A stretch of DNA of 64,000 nucleotides from Octopus sinensis (GCF_006345805.1 NC_043007.1:29326001-29390000); one strand, 5' to 3'; counted from the stretch's first letter, positions 38,656 to 51,113 are shown. Translations and numbers: made by a program. Notes: generated by a model from the sequence alone, not told the origin.

Positions 38656-38829
38656 CTTCAGTCATTAGGCTGTGGCCATGCTGGGGCACTGACTTGAAGA
38701 GTTTTTAGTCGAATGAATTGACTCCAGGACTTATTATTACTTTTAAAGCCAAATCGGTCTTTTTTGCCAAATCTTTCAATTACGGGGTCGTAAACAAACC
38801 AGCAGAGGTTTTCAAGTGGTGGTGGAGGA

Positions 38830-38863
<34 letters not shown>

Positions 38864-39015
38864 TATACAATGCGTTGCTTTCAGTTTCTGTGTACCAAAC
38901 CCACTCACAAGCCGTTGGTCGGCCTGAGGCTGTAGTAGCTGACACTACCCCACAGTGGGAGTGAACCTGGAGCTATGTGGTTGTGAAGCAAACTTCTTAC
39001 CCCGCAGCCAAGCCT
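38656..39015 (-). mobile_element. SINE family A copy (more diverged)
   Basis: Same layout with an internal (CA)n. Confidence 0.75.
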
Positions 39016-39415
39016 TCAAACTATACTTTCGGTGAATTTTATTTTTATAGTGTTTAATTCATTCGCTCCACCGATCTCCCTCCTTTTATTGCCAGTTTAA
39101 ATTCCTTTTTGACTCTATCTGTAAAAGTTCTTGAGAATTTATTCTACCGTTAAGGGAAATAACTAATTTCTACTATTTAAGAGTTATGCACCTTTGTGGA
39201 ATTAAAGCGTATTTTGCCAAGTCCTTTTTCAGCGGAAATTGAGACAAATAAATGTGGTCTGATGACTGTCACAATTACGGGGAACGTAAAATAACCACAA
39301 TGGATCATTTGTAGTAAACATACATACATACATACATACATACATACATACATACATACATACTACATACATACATACATACATACATACATACATACAT
39401 ACATACATACATACA

Positions 39416-39456
39416 TGTCACTGAGGAGGCATCACGTCGAAACACGGCGTCTGGTG
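39416..39456 (+). ncRNA. Minimal type I hammerhead ribozyme motif
   Basis: UGUCA-CUGAGGA-GGC(AUCAC)GUC-GAAAC(ACGGC)GUC-UGGUG. Full core consensus; stem I is 5 bp with three G:U pairs. Confidence 0.65.
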
Positions 39457-39956
39457 GTCCGCTGACCTCTTAGTACGCGCACACATTCTAAAGGGAGACA
39501 TTTATTCTCCACAGCAAAATTCCACTGCAAATGTTTTTCACATTCTAACGTGTTAAAAATATTTGTACACAATATTACTTTGATCGTCGCTGCTTTGTGT
39601 TGTTAAAGCTGAGTTGATTTTAGTTGAGCAAGCGTCAGCATTCGCCAAGAAATGCCTTGTTTGCTGTTTTCTAAATAATATCAGCAATTCCCGTCTAGCA
39701 TCCAAATGGCCAAAGGAATATCTATGACTGACGAGGGGAATCAAAGCGAAAAACTGTGCCTGGAAGTCAGCTGTCGCCGTTCGGAGATTCGCGTGTTTTT
39801 ATACAAAGCCTTTTGAGAGAAATTTGTTCGTTGATACAAAATTGCGCAGCGAATGCCATTCGCGTTTTGCCAGTTGAATCTTATATATTGTATATGCTTA
39901 TGTATGTATGTATGTATGTATGTATGTATGTATGTATGTATGTATGTATGTATGTA

Positions 39957-39989
<33 letters not shown>

Positions 39990-40004
39990 ATGTATGTATG
40001 TATG

Positions 40005-40560
40005 TATGTCAGGTCACTTTCGAGTGCTACTGGTAACATGTAACCCAGTAAAACCTGTTGCATGGTCGGGTCGTCGGTGACTAAACCGGTAACCCCACCA
40101 AGCTTGCTTGGTGAGGAGGGTGTTTATCGGACACCCTGCGGGAGGAAAAACAAAACCCATCAAAGGGCGGAGGAACTCTTGAGAGTCAACGGCCATCCAA
40201 TAAATGTCTTAAGGCTGTATCATGCGCGGGGACATAGAAATAATCGGACTGAATACCCGATCGCGCGGTTAAACCATTGGGAGTGAAGGACTCCTAGCCT
40301 TTGTTAGGGCATCCTTCTAGGAGAAGGTAAGTCAGGTAACTGGGATAACGCCGAAATAAAACCTGCGGCTCAGTGGTTACCGATGATGTTGACTTGTTCT
40401 TCTTTTCGGATTATGGCTGCTGTTGCTTAGTGAGTGGGATTGACTCAGTGCACAGCCTTTCCTCACTTAAAAAAATCTTCTTGCACAGGCATTGCACGAT
40501 AACAACATTGATTAAGCTTCGTGCAATGGCCATACTCGATAACGAGGGGGCAGCCACCAT
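40005..40560 (+). mobile_element. RTE-like 5' UTR / non-autonomous derivative
   Basis: GC-rich structured segment after (TATG)n; contains GGGCATCCTTCTAGGAGAAGG, resembling RTE 5' UTRs as recalled. Confidence 0.45.
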
Positions 40561-40613
40561 GTATGTATGTATGAACGAATGTAGGCAGGTTTAAATAAAT
40601 ATATCATACTCAC

Positions 40614-40728
40614 TGACAGTTCCAACCAGTGTCACTTTCGGAATGTGTTTAGCTTCTATAACATTAAAGACCATTTTACCGGCTACGGGCTGGTAACATC
40701 CAGAAATACGAAGGTCACCTTGGTGCAA
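40614..40728 (-). CDS. Synaptotagmin-like gene exon, start of C2B (115 nt, phase 0/1)
   Basis: atacag| and |gtgagt. Translates LHQGDLRISGCYQPVAGKMVFNVIEAKHIPKVTLVGTV. Confidence 0.9.
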
Positions 40729-42814
40729 CTGTATTGGAAAATAAAATGAAAACAAATGTGAAACGTAAAGATGAATTTTTATCGTGATTTCTTCCACTTT
40801 TCAATAATATAAAGGAAAAAGTCTGTTATTGTTGTCTACCGCCAAACCAACGCTATCTTAACAGACATATGATCAAAGCTGTTCTCACCATGACCATCCC
40901 GCAGTTAAGGAATTGAAAGAAATGTTTGTAGGAATAACAAGAATGCATTATACTGAATTTCTTTTATTTCTTGCACCTAAGGAAAATAAACCTCTTCTGA
41001 TCTTGTTGGTAGAATAATTCAATAAGTTGAATAAGACAAGGTTCAAACTCAATGAAGCTCAAAGATCTTAGTTTACAACAACAAACAAAAGTAAATGTTG
41101 ACATAAATGAGTTTGTAAGTAAATACGAAATATTTTCGTGTTTTATAAATTAAATAAAAGTACCGTACTGTTGAAAGTATTATAGAAAGTATAGAGACAT
41201 GCATTCGTGCTTTCAAAGTGAAAATGTTTATCAGAGGATAATGGGCAGAAATAAATTAATTAAAAAACCGTGTCTGTTGAAGTTAGTATGTCAAAGCAAT
41301 GCCAAAGTAGTTGTTAACAATATACAAGAGCGAATGTAAGGCAACAACAACAACAACAACAACTACCGAAATATGGTTTGTATGCGCCCAATGTCTGATT
41401 GGGGAACATTTCAGATGGGCTAAATTAAAACACGCGACAGCAGTCGTTTGCCTAGCTTCTTCCTAGACAGCTGAGAGATCGGTAATCGATAATAATCAAT
41501 ATGAAATAAACGGTAGCAAGAACCAAATGATGAGACAAAACTATAAATAGCAACGAATGGTATTGAGATGGTGAACTGTCAAAAGGATCGATAGAAAGAA
41601 TGTCGTTTGTTTACAGGTGCAAATGGGTCTGAGTTTAGATGATAAGTGCGCAAAATGCAGTTAATAGGTGCACTTGCTCCAGCTGAGGTCTGCACCTGTG
41701 TGCAAGATGCACATTCATACAAGTAAGTCTGTAGAAAATTTAAATGGCGTAAACTTTCATACAGGTAGAATTGTGAGACGATCAACGTTAGAAAAATTAT
41801 TTTGTAAAAAAATAAAAAATAATAATACGTAAATGGTTTATTTTCATGTTCCACGAGGTTTGAATGAGTGTCGGGGGGCGTTGATAAAGGTGGAAACAGC
41901 AGAATGCAAAATGGTTGTTGCAGTTTCTCTACACAACTTAAGTTGCTTCATTTAATATTCCTGTATTTATATCAATGAATATGTATTTGCGTGCGCGGGT
42001 CTAAAACATATCAACATCGAATGTTAAATAACAAAAAAAAATCTATTCGTGATGAACAGGAATTCAAGGAAATTCACGTTGCTGGATTTAAGGCCTAAGA
42101 AAAACATGTTTAAAGCAGTTAAAGTGATGAAATGATTAATATCTAAAAGAAACCATTGGTAAAAAGAATTAACGGAATATGAAAAAATATTGTAAGTCAA
42201 AATCTGTTTCAATAATCTAAGAACTGCAGTCGGGATTCTGCTGATTTTGATATCTGTTCTTGTGTCCTTGCAAAGAGACGAATATTCCATATTTGTCTAC
42301 GTTTCTGTCGTCGAGCCACTTTGTGTAAGAAATGGCGGTATCGCTGTCTGTTTATTCATTCGGTCAATGTTCCGTATGGCTGGTTATTGTTTACTGTTAT
42401 TTCTGGTTGAAGTGAAGCAGTAATGGAAAACGAAAATTGGCTTGAAACAGCGAAAAACGAGGCTGAGTCGACAGTGAAAAGCTTTCAGCTGACGAAGAAG
42501 AGATGGCGTAATTGGTGTTAAGACAATGACGGAAGACAGGCAAAACAACCGGAACGTTTTGTCGTTAACAACATTTTCTACAACACAGCATTTAATTGAC
42601 TGAAGACATGAAGCTATGCGTTGTACAAACATCATATTTATGTAAACTTTATCTTCACTGATGCTATCAATGAAAATCTGTTAAATTTATTATATTTAAA
42701 GCGGATCCTATTTCAAACTTGTCTCCTCAAGTGTACGCAGTGAGTAGTTATGACTGAATCATCCGACCACTTTCTGTAGAGATGTGGAGGAAATGAAAGG
42801 AAAATTGTCTATAA

Positions 42815-42997
42815 TCCATTCTTCTTCTTCTTCTTCTTCTTCTTCTTCTTCTTCTTCTTCTTCTTCTTCTTCTTCTTCTTCTTCTCTTCTTCTTCTTCTT
42901 TCTTCTTCTTCTCTTCTCTTCTTCTTCTTCTTCTTCTCTTCTCTTCTTCATTCTTCTTCTTTCTTCTTCTTCTTCTTCTTTCTTCTTCTTCTTCTTG
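42815..42997. repeat. (CTT)n microsatellite
   Basis: Seen directly. Confidence 0.95.
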
Positions 42998-42998
42998 T

Positions 42999-43200
42999 AA
43001 CTGGTTAAGGTCAAACAACTGACAAGCAAATCTGTGGTATTATGCAGAATACTTGCTGTAGCCCATCTTTTATACTAAGACAAAACAATGTACATGATAA
43101 CATTTCCAATCAGTTGAGCTCAGAAGCCATGAGAGCCATTGCCTGGTACTGCACCAGGGCGTGGTACTGCATCAGGACATGGTACTGCATCAGGACATTA
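42999..43200 (-). mobile_element. (TAA)n-inserted element, 5' part only, triplicated terminus
   Basis: Matches the 1195-1360 part of the first copy; tggtactgcatcagg-like unit present three times. Confidence 0.75.
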
Positions 43201-43204
43201 TTAT

Positions 43205-43930
43205 CATTAATATTAGGTGGTGTTGAGACATGTTATTGGTCGGTAGTTCTTCGGATTTTTTGTGTCTTCAGTTTTTGGTGGTAGATATGTAGTTCCTTGT
43301 GTCAGCCAGACAGGTATTTGCTCTGGGTTCTGAATGACATCAGTTAGAGATGCAGCGAGATTTTGATGTGATTCTACCCTACAATTCACTAGTGCATCCT
43401 AATTTAGTCAGCGGGTATTATACCTTGAAGTTCGGCGAATCGTTCCTGGGGTTCCTGCAGAATATAGGATGGTACTTTTCTACAGGTCGACGATGCGAGT
43501 TTCAGTTCCAATCTCTTTCAGTCTTTTAGGCAGCATTCTGGGTGTTGTCAATTACCACAGGAATAATTGTTTTTTTGATCTTCCATAATAGCCTTGGTCT
43601 TCCATAGTCTCCTCCTCAGCTGTCAGGCCAGATCCTGATATTTTTCAAAAAAAAAAAAAAATTACCATTTCTTCGGTATCGACTCTGCTATTCACTATCG
43701 AAGAGATCTCCGCCAGGGGCAGCTTTTGCTTTTTCACGATTAAGTTTTGTGGTCGAAAAGTCTTGGCTCTGTGATAGGGAACATGTCTTTCTCTGTCCAA
43801 ATTTTGTGCATTCTATTTTAGTTGGCTCGCTTCTCTTATAACATTCCATTACAGTTCTATTGTCGTTTTGAGCCCATTTCCCTCTAACCTTTGTGGAAAA
43901 CGACCAGTCCACCCTGCTGCGCAGTTGAGT
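43205..43930 (-). mobile_element. Mosaic of three R4/Dong fragments (N-terminal, RLE, RT start)
   Basis: KWAQNDNRTVMECYKRSEP (N-terminal); EKYQDLA..IIPVVI..DLQKSTILYSA (RLE, degraded); IQNPEQIPVWLTQGTTYLPPKTEDTKNPKNYRPITCL (RT start). Confidence 0.7.
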
Positions 43931-44529
43931 ACTTTGCCGCACGAAAGATCTTCAGTCGGGGTTCAAATCTCACGAACGCGGTTGTGATGGTTTTCATTTG
44001 GCGCTCGAGCTGGGGGTTGGGTGAGGGCGTTCATTCAAGGATGACGGTGACGGTTCAAGGAGCAAGAAACAATATGATGCACTGTAGGAATTGAGGCGGG
44101 ATGGTCATTGCTGGAACATTTTTGATTATAGCCAAACAATAACAACAACAACAACTCTTACTACTGCAAGAATAAGAACAACAACAACACCTAGAGATTT
44201 CTGTTCTGAAATGAGGATCCCACTGGAACTGACGTTCGGTATTTCATCAACCGCTTTTAACCGTCGTATTACAAGACTGAGAGGACACTTAAAACACAAT
44301 GGGCCTTGTCCCGCCTTTGTACTAATTACTAATTACATCGTTAAGGAACATTGGACAGGATTGTTGTTTGGTGAAAGTGGATTTAATTAAAATTGTCATT
44401 GTTGTTATTGATTTTATTTATTCTTCAATCCCGCCTCCACCCCTCGGTCAGTCCTGATTCTGCAGACCACCCGGTGCCAAACCGAACCCCTCACCATTGG
44501 ACGGACACTTATTTCTTTTTTTACAGCTT

Positions 44530-44537
44530 ATTCGTTT

Positions 44538-44573
<36 letters not shown>

Positions 44574-44575
44574 TT

Positions 44576-44637
<62 letters not shown>

Positions 44638-45062
44638 CCTCTTTCTTTCTTTCTTTCTTTCTTTCTTTTCCCCTATTTTCTCTTCTTTCTTTCTTCTTTC
44701 TTTCTTTTTCTTTCCCCTCTTTCTTTCTTTTTTCTTTCTTTCTTTCCCCTCTTTCTTTCTTCTTTCTTTCCCCTCTTTCTTTCTTCTTTCTTTCCCCTCT
44801 TTCTTTCTTTTTTCTTCCTTCCCCTCTTTCTTTCTTTCTTTCTTTCTTTCCCCTTCTTTCTTTCTTTCTTTCTTCCTTCCCCTCTTCTTCTTTCTTCTTT
44901 CCCCTCTTTCTCTTTCTTTCTTTCTTTCTTTCTTTCCCCTCTTTCTTTCTTTCTTCTTTCCCCTCTTTCTTTCTTCTTTCTTTCTTTCCCTTCTTTCTTT
45001 CTTTTCTTTCTTCTTTCCCCTCTTTCTTCTTTCCTTCTTTCTTTCTTTCTTTCTTTCTTTCT

Positions 45063-45094
<32 letters not shown>

Positions 45095-45153
45095 TCCCCT
45101 CTTTCTTTCTTTCTTTCTCTTTCTTTCCCCTCTTTCTTTCTTTCTTTCTTTCT

Positions 45154-45187
<34 letters not shown>

Positions 45188-45189
45188 CC

Positions 45190-45233
<44 letters not shown>

Positions 45234-45324
45234 TCCCCTCTTTCTTTCTTTCTTTCTTCTTTCCCCTTCTTTCTTTCTTTCTTTCTTTCCTCTTTCTCTT
45301 TCTTTCTTTCTTTCTTCTTTCTTT

Positions 45325-45368
<44 letters not shown>

Positions 45369-45577
45369 TTCTTTCTTTCTTCCCCTCTTCTTTCTTTCTT
45401 TCTTTCTTTCTTTCTTCTTCCCCTCTTTCTTTCTTTTCTTTCTTTCTTTATTTCTTTCTTTCTTTCCCCTCTTTCTTTCTTCTTTCTTCTTTCTTTCTTT
45501 CCCCTCTTCTTCTTTCTTTCTTTTCTTTCGTCTTTCTTTCTTTCTTTCTTTCCCCTTCTTTTGTTTTTTCTTTCCCC

Positions 45578-45617
<40 letters not shown>

Positions 45618-45622
45618 TCCCC

Positions 45623-45666
<44 letters not shown>

Positions 45667-45680
45667 TCCCCTCTTTCGTA
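44530..45680. repeat. About 1.15-kb polypyrimidine (TTTC)n tract with interspersed CCCCT units
   Basis: Nearly pure C/T on +; explains the long F/S/L and K/E/R ORFs in the track. Confidence 0.97.
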
Positions 45681-45799
45681 AATCCTATCCTTGTCCCACC
45701 CTCCCCTCCCCTCCCTTCTACCGCTTCATTCATCAATATAACCACAGCCACCTGTTTATTCCTCTCACTCTTCACTTATAAACGGAGCAGACAAATAAG

Positions 45800-45934
45800 A
45801 GAGAGAGAGAGAGAGAAGAGGGAAGAGGGAAGAGAGCTGGGGAATATAAATACATACATACATAAACACACAGACATATATACAGACACACACACATATA
45901 CATACATTTACGTGTATATGTGTGCGCGTGTGCG

Positions 45935-45982
<48 letters not shown>

Positions 45983-46042
45983 ATCCGTCTATCTGTCTGT
46001 CTGTCTGTCTGTCTATCAATGACTCTCTTTAAATGTACATAT

Positions 46043-46104
<62 letters not shown>

Positions 46105-47933
46105 TATGTATGTATGTATGTGTATATATATATATGCATATATATATATATACATATATATACATATACAAATATATAATATATATATATATAAAAAAAA
46201 AAGGTTGAAAATGCAATTTAAACGATGTTTATTTACTTAACCGGTTTCCTCTTTGGTAAAAGATTGTAAAAGTTACTTTAAGGAAACATTGAATAATATG
46301 GGTTCAAAAAAAGTTTTTTACATAATTGTCACATTGAGTATTATGCATTCAAAAAGGTTTTTACATAATTGTCACATTGAGTATTATGCATTCAAAAAGG
46401 TTTTTACATAATTGTCACATTGGATATTATGAATCAAAAATGTTTTTTATACATAATTGTCACATTACAGTATAGATATAGTTGTGGTAACAGAGAAGTC
46501 AATAGTGTGATGAGAATGTTGGGAAAATTTGGCAGAAGAAAAGGATTAAAACAAATATATATTGGGAATTGGTGGCGTTAATTATTGGTGTCGCAAATTG
46601 TCACATTACATGTATATATATACAATCTTCGGTATATATATACAGCCTTTTGACAGCAAAAATTAGAATGGCTTTTTTATACATCTCAGAATATTTTAAG
46701 TACAAGGCGAGAATATGTTTTTACTGACTGTTGGGATTAGCAGAAAGGCTGAACTGAGAGAACAGAGGAAGTAGCCAATGTTGTATACTTCCCCTTTATG
46801 CATGAATGATTTTGGGGTTATCAGGAGGTTAGTATGCGGGTGTGAATAGATGGTTCGTGCCCGCTGGTCAGATAGCGTCTGTTTGTCACACACATATATA
46901 CACACATACACACACACACACAACAACACACACACACACACACATAGTAAACAAACACACACCACATACAAACAACACACACACACAGAACACAACACAC
47001 CCACACACAACGCACCCACATATATCACATATACACACAGCACACAAATATAATATGTATCTATTATAACATACACAGATATATAACACACATACACACA
47101 CAAACCACACACACACACACACACCACACACACGCACACATACATACATAATATAAATATCACACAAATACACCTAGCATATATATACACACATACAATA
47201 TACACATACAGCATGTAAGCAATATACATACACAATATATGCATGCAATATACATACACAGTACATACATATAATATATATATATAGACAATGCAATACA
47301 TATATACACATATACATATAAATAGTGTTTACATACACATACATAGATGTACCACATATACCCACAATACACATACATACAACGCATACACATACACGTA
47401 CGCATACATATAATGTATATATACACACACACACACATAACATACATACACAATGTATACATATATATACACGCAATGCACATACCTGTATTCACGCATA
47501 TATAGCCACACCTACAATATACATATATACACTGCACACATACACACACATATATACATTAATTGTACACATACATATACAATACACATACATACAATTA
47601 CATATACACAATGCGAATGCAAATAATGTACATGTTTATACACACATAAACAAGCAAATAAATATACACACACACACATACACACATACACATATATACA
47701 ATATATTATATATATATAGATATATTACAACATACATACATACATACATGCACATACATATATTTTTTCACACACATACACATACATATATATATATAAA
47801 AAATTCACCCCCCCACACACAAATTACAACTTATAGCGTACACACTCAAATATATCTCTACATGCCGCACACACACACAAACAAAGTACTAACATATACA
47901 CACATACCATGCATATACACACACAACACACAT

Positions 47934-47970
<37 letters not shown>

Positions 47971-48124
47971 AAAACAAATACACATGTAAATATATACATA
48001 CGTACATAATGCTCACACACACACACATACACACACACCCGTACACAGTGCACACACACACACATATATACACACGTGCACACACACATACACACAACGT
48101 ATATATATATATATACATATACAT

Positions 48125-48161
<37 letters not shown>

Positions 48162-48170
48162 GAGAGAGAG
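45800..48170. repeat. Compound (GA)/(TATC)/(TA)/(CA) low-complexity block
   Basis: Seen directly; source of the HT/YI/CV ORFs. Confidence 0.9.
46312..46470. repeat. About 41-bp tandem repeat, 3-4 copies
   Basis: AAAAGGTTTTTACATAATTGTCACATTGAGTATTATGCATT; outer copies degenerate. Confidence 0.9.
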
Positions 48171-49429
48171 AGAAAGAGGAAAGAAAGGAAAGAAGATAGA
48201 AAACGGGTCGATTAATTTAGTAGGATGTTAATTACAGAAATATATTAATTTGCAATCTATTGAAGTTGTCCAACATTTAAATATCAACAAAATAATTTTA
48301 ACGTATAGAAGCGAATGCATGTGTGTGTGTGTGTGTGCATGAATCTATGCATGCTCGTGCGTAGGCATATATGTTCGTGTGTGTGTGTATGTGTGAATGT
48401 ATGTGTCTGCATGCACACATATCTATTCGTAAGTCTGTGTGTATGTATGATTGTATGTATGAATAGACGTCTGTCTGTCTGTCTGCCTGTCTGTATCTCG
48501 ACCGCAGCATATTGTTCGTGAAGCGTTGCCTTGAAGCCCCTTATTTCATACAAAAGTCCAAAGGTTATGCAAAATCCTCCGACAACAATAATTACTTCAG
48601 AATCCTTGACCCTTTTACTTTATTCCATTTGAAAAGAGGGATTTACCGTGAAATAGCATCGGATTACTAAACGACTTACGTAAGATTAAACAATATCATT
48701 ATCTTTGTCTTTAACTGTTTGATATCACTTTACAGAGTTTAATTAACCCTTTCACTTACTTCGTTCTACAATTTTACAAACCTCTCATTTTACACACTGC
48801 GATGTTTCAAGCAAACCCAGTATTTTAAAATTATGATAAACGGTTTACATAAACGAGCAATATATTTAAAAAACAAACAAAAAAGCAACAGACCCCCCCA
48901 CTCCCCAAACCCCAGGTATTTTACAAGAAAAAAGTTGAGAAAGCAAAATATTTGGTTCTCAGTTGATTGTTTGTCGTTTGAAGCTCAACTTGAATATTTT
49001 TCTAATTTGTTTGGAAGCAAGAAACATTCAGAGACCAACTGAAGATTGTTCGCGTCTTTTTAAAACAATTTATTCAAAAACAAATGAATTCATGTAATTA
49101 TATTCATTTTAGGTCTGAATAAACCCAGAAACACACGCGCGCGTGAACACACAAACAAAACATGCCCAATGACCATCTTCCATCAATATCGCGTTATATC
49201 AGTTCCCGCTTGAAGATTGCTGTGACGTGAAACTCAAGTGGCAAGACATACTCTCAGCTTCGGTTTCAATAAAGACAACCCCCCCCACACAGGTCAAATT
49301 TGCAGAAAACAAAAGACGAAGACAGATGAGAGAACATCAAGCAGGTTGAGAAAGAGAGAGAGAGAGAGGGAGAGGGAAAAAGAGAGAAAGAGAGTGAGAG
49401 AGAGAGAGGGGAAAAAGAGAGAAAGAAAG

Positions 49430-49460
<31 letters not shown>

Positions 49461-49551
49461 AAGGTGATATTGTTTGTATTTAGGGTTGGTGACACAAACA
49501 GTTTTTAGATATAGATTCTCACTGGAGTTTATTCTAACAACAATCGAATTC

Positions 49552-49760
49552 GAGTAGAGATTATTTGCCAACATAACATGGCAGTCCTGGTTTAGGACGA
49601 ATGTTGCTGTAATCTAGCACCCCCACTCAGTGAGTGGGGGTGCTAGATTTCCTTGTTCGAAAATATAAGGACAGAGATTGTGTTGTATAGCCAGCTAAAT
49701 TACAGCAACATTCGTCCTAAACCAGGATTGCCATGTTATGCTGGCGAATAATCTCTACTC
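49552..49760. mobile_element. Foldback MITE, 62-bp arms, with an internal perfect palindrome
   Basis: Arms 49552-49613 / 49699-49760 with 3 mismatches; share TTATTTGCCAACATAA..GCAGTCCTG..TTAGGACGAATGTT with 2991-3185. Confidence 0.85.
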
Positions 49761-50124
49761 TAAAGTACCGTTGCTTAATATCTCCCTTTGTGAGATTTAC
49801 AAATAGTAATTTTCTAAACAATGGAATTGTCTTTGTGGGGAGGGACCTGACCGTCAGAATAATCATTTGATCTGAGTTCAAATCTTGCCGCGACCTTTTT
49901 TCGTCGCCTTTTACGAGAGGCAGAGTTGGCGGTTTACTGGACGGGAATGGAAGTTTGCATGAAACTGAACTCATAATTATATTGGCGAGTTTCATTTAAA
50001 CACGGTCAAGAGATTGTGCTTTAGGTGGCAGATTTGTTGATGACAATGTGATGTAGTGAGGTTCATGCGGTGTAGAAAGATGATGAATTTGCGATATTCA
50101 GTTGCATTCATCCATTTCTGGGTC

Positions 50125-50300
50125 CATGTGTGAGACTTACCTGTAAATATTGTCAAAATATCACATCTACCTGTCAATATGTGATGTCTACATGTAAATA
50201 TTGAAATATCTACTCGTAAAAATGTGATATCTACCGGGAAGTATGCGATATCTATCTGTAAATAAGTGACATCAACGTGCAAATAAGTAATGTCTACCCG
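50125..50300. repeat. Degenerate 21-bp minisatellite (ATCTACCTGTAAATATGTGAT-like)
   Basis: About 8 units directly after the exon donor at 50311 on the - strand. Confidence 0.75.
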
Positions 50301-50311
50301 TATGTACTTAC

Positions 50312-50518
50312 CCGTAAGACCGTTTGCGGCATTAGCGTAAGGTTGGCTTTCCCATCGGTCAGTTGGTCGATCTCTTTCAACAGAATGGTGCCAACACCCA
50401 GTAAATGGCGCCGCCCTCTTGCCTCAGCTGAGTACATTTGGAATTCCAAAGCAGCGTCGTCGGTGAAGTCCACTGAGGACAACTCTTTTATTGTGAATTT
50501 CTCCAAGAAAACAGGATT
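50312..50518 (-). CDS. Synaptotagmin-like gene exon, end of C2A (207 nt, phase 0/0)
   Basis: tttttag| and |gtaagt. Translates NPVFLEKFTIKELSS...LEFQMYSAEARGRRHLLGVGTILLKEID...MPQTVLR. Confidence 0.9.
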
Positions 50519-50621
50519 CTAAAAAAAAGCAAAGAATATATAAATATATACACACTCACTCACTTACGCACATACATATACACACGTAAATATACACGCA
50601 CACACACAGATATATATATAT

Positions 50622-50658
<37 letters not shown>

Positions 50659-50749
50659 GCGCATACTCAGATTAGTGGTAAACAATGAAATTGATGTGTG
50701 ATGTCCACCCGTTATTTTGTACAGTAAATAAATAAGTGCTACCCCGCCG

Positions 50750-50910
50750 CCACCGAAAGATCCCTCAAGATCCCGACTAAGAGAGCTTATGCGGATGACG
50801 TTCCGTAGTGTTCGTGGTCCGGTAGTGATTAGTCATGGAGTATATTGTGACCTTTGCTTTTGAAGACGGCAACCTTTCGAAAAGTCAACAACATTGGAGA
50901 ACACCAGTGG
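50750..50910 (+). mobile_element. L1/Tx1-like LINE RT remnant
   Basis: ..KRAYADDV.. followed by FEDGNLSKS (degraded RT domains 5-6). Confidence 0.55.
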
Positions 50911-51113
50911 AGACGCCATCAATAATCACAACAACAAATTTGGTCTGCAATTAAGTACAACAACAGCAACAACAACAAAAGAAAAAACCATTTTCAGTCC
51001 GAGAAGTCAATGAACCGCAGCAGCTTTGTGTGTGTGTGTGTGATTGCTTTTGTTTTTATATATGTATGTATGCATATATTTGTATATATCTATATATGCA
51101 TACACACAACCCC

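Noticed and set aside
39720-39775. CTGACGAG...CGAAA motif
   Set aside because: Only one stem II pair, and no stem I or stem III.
41900-42700. Possible DNA-transposon remnant sharing a short word with 59830-59860
   Set aside because: No TIR/TSD or transposase motif could be established by eye.
44393-45781. 394-462-aa ORFs (F/S/L-rich and K/E/R-rich)
   Set aside because: Translations of the (TTTC)n tract, open only because the repeat lacks stop codons.
35770-46470. Tandem arrays (17-, 30- and 41-bp units) as CRISPR-like arrays
   Set aside because: No unique spacers, no cas genes, eukaryotic intron-exon context.
50720-50944. Extra - strand C2-gene exon after a good acceptor (ttaattgcag)
   Set aside because: Stops in all three frames within 60 nt; the flanking exons already join in frame; the + strand reads as a LINE RT remnant.
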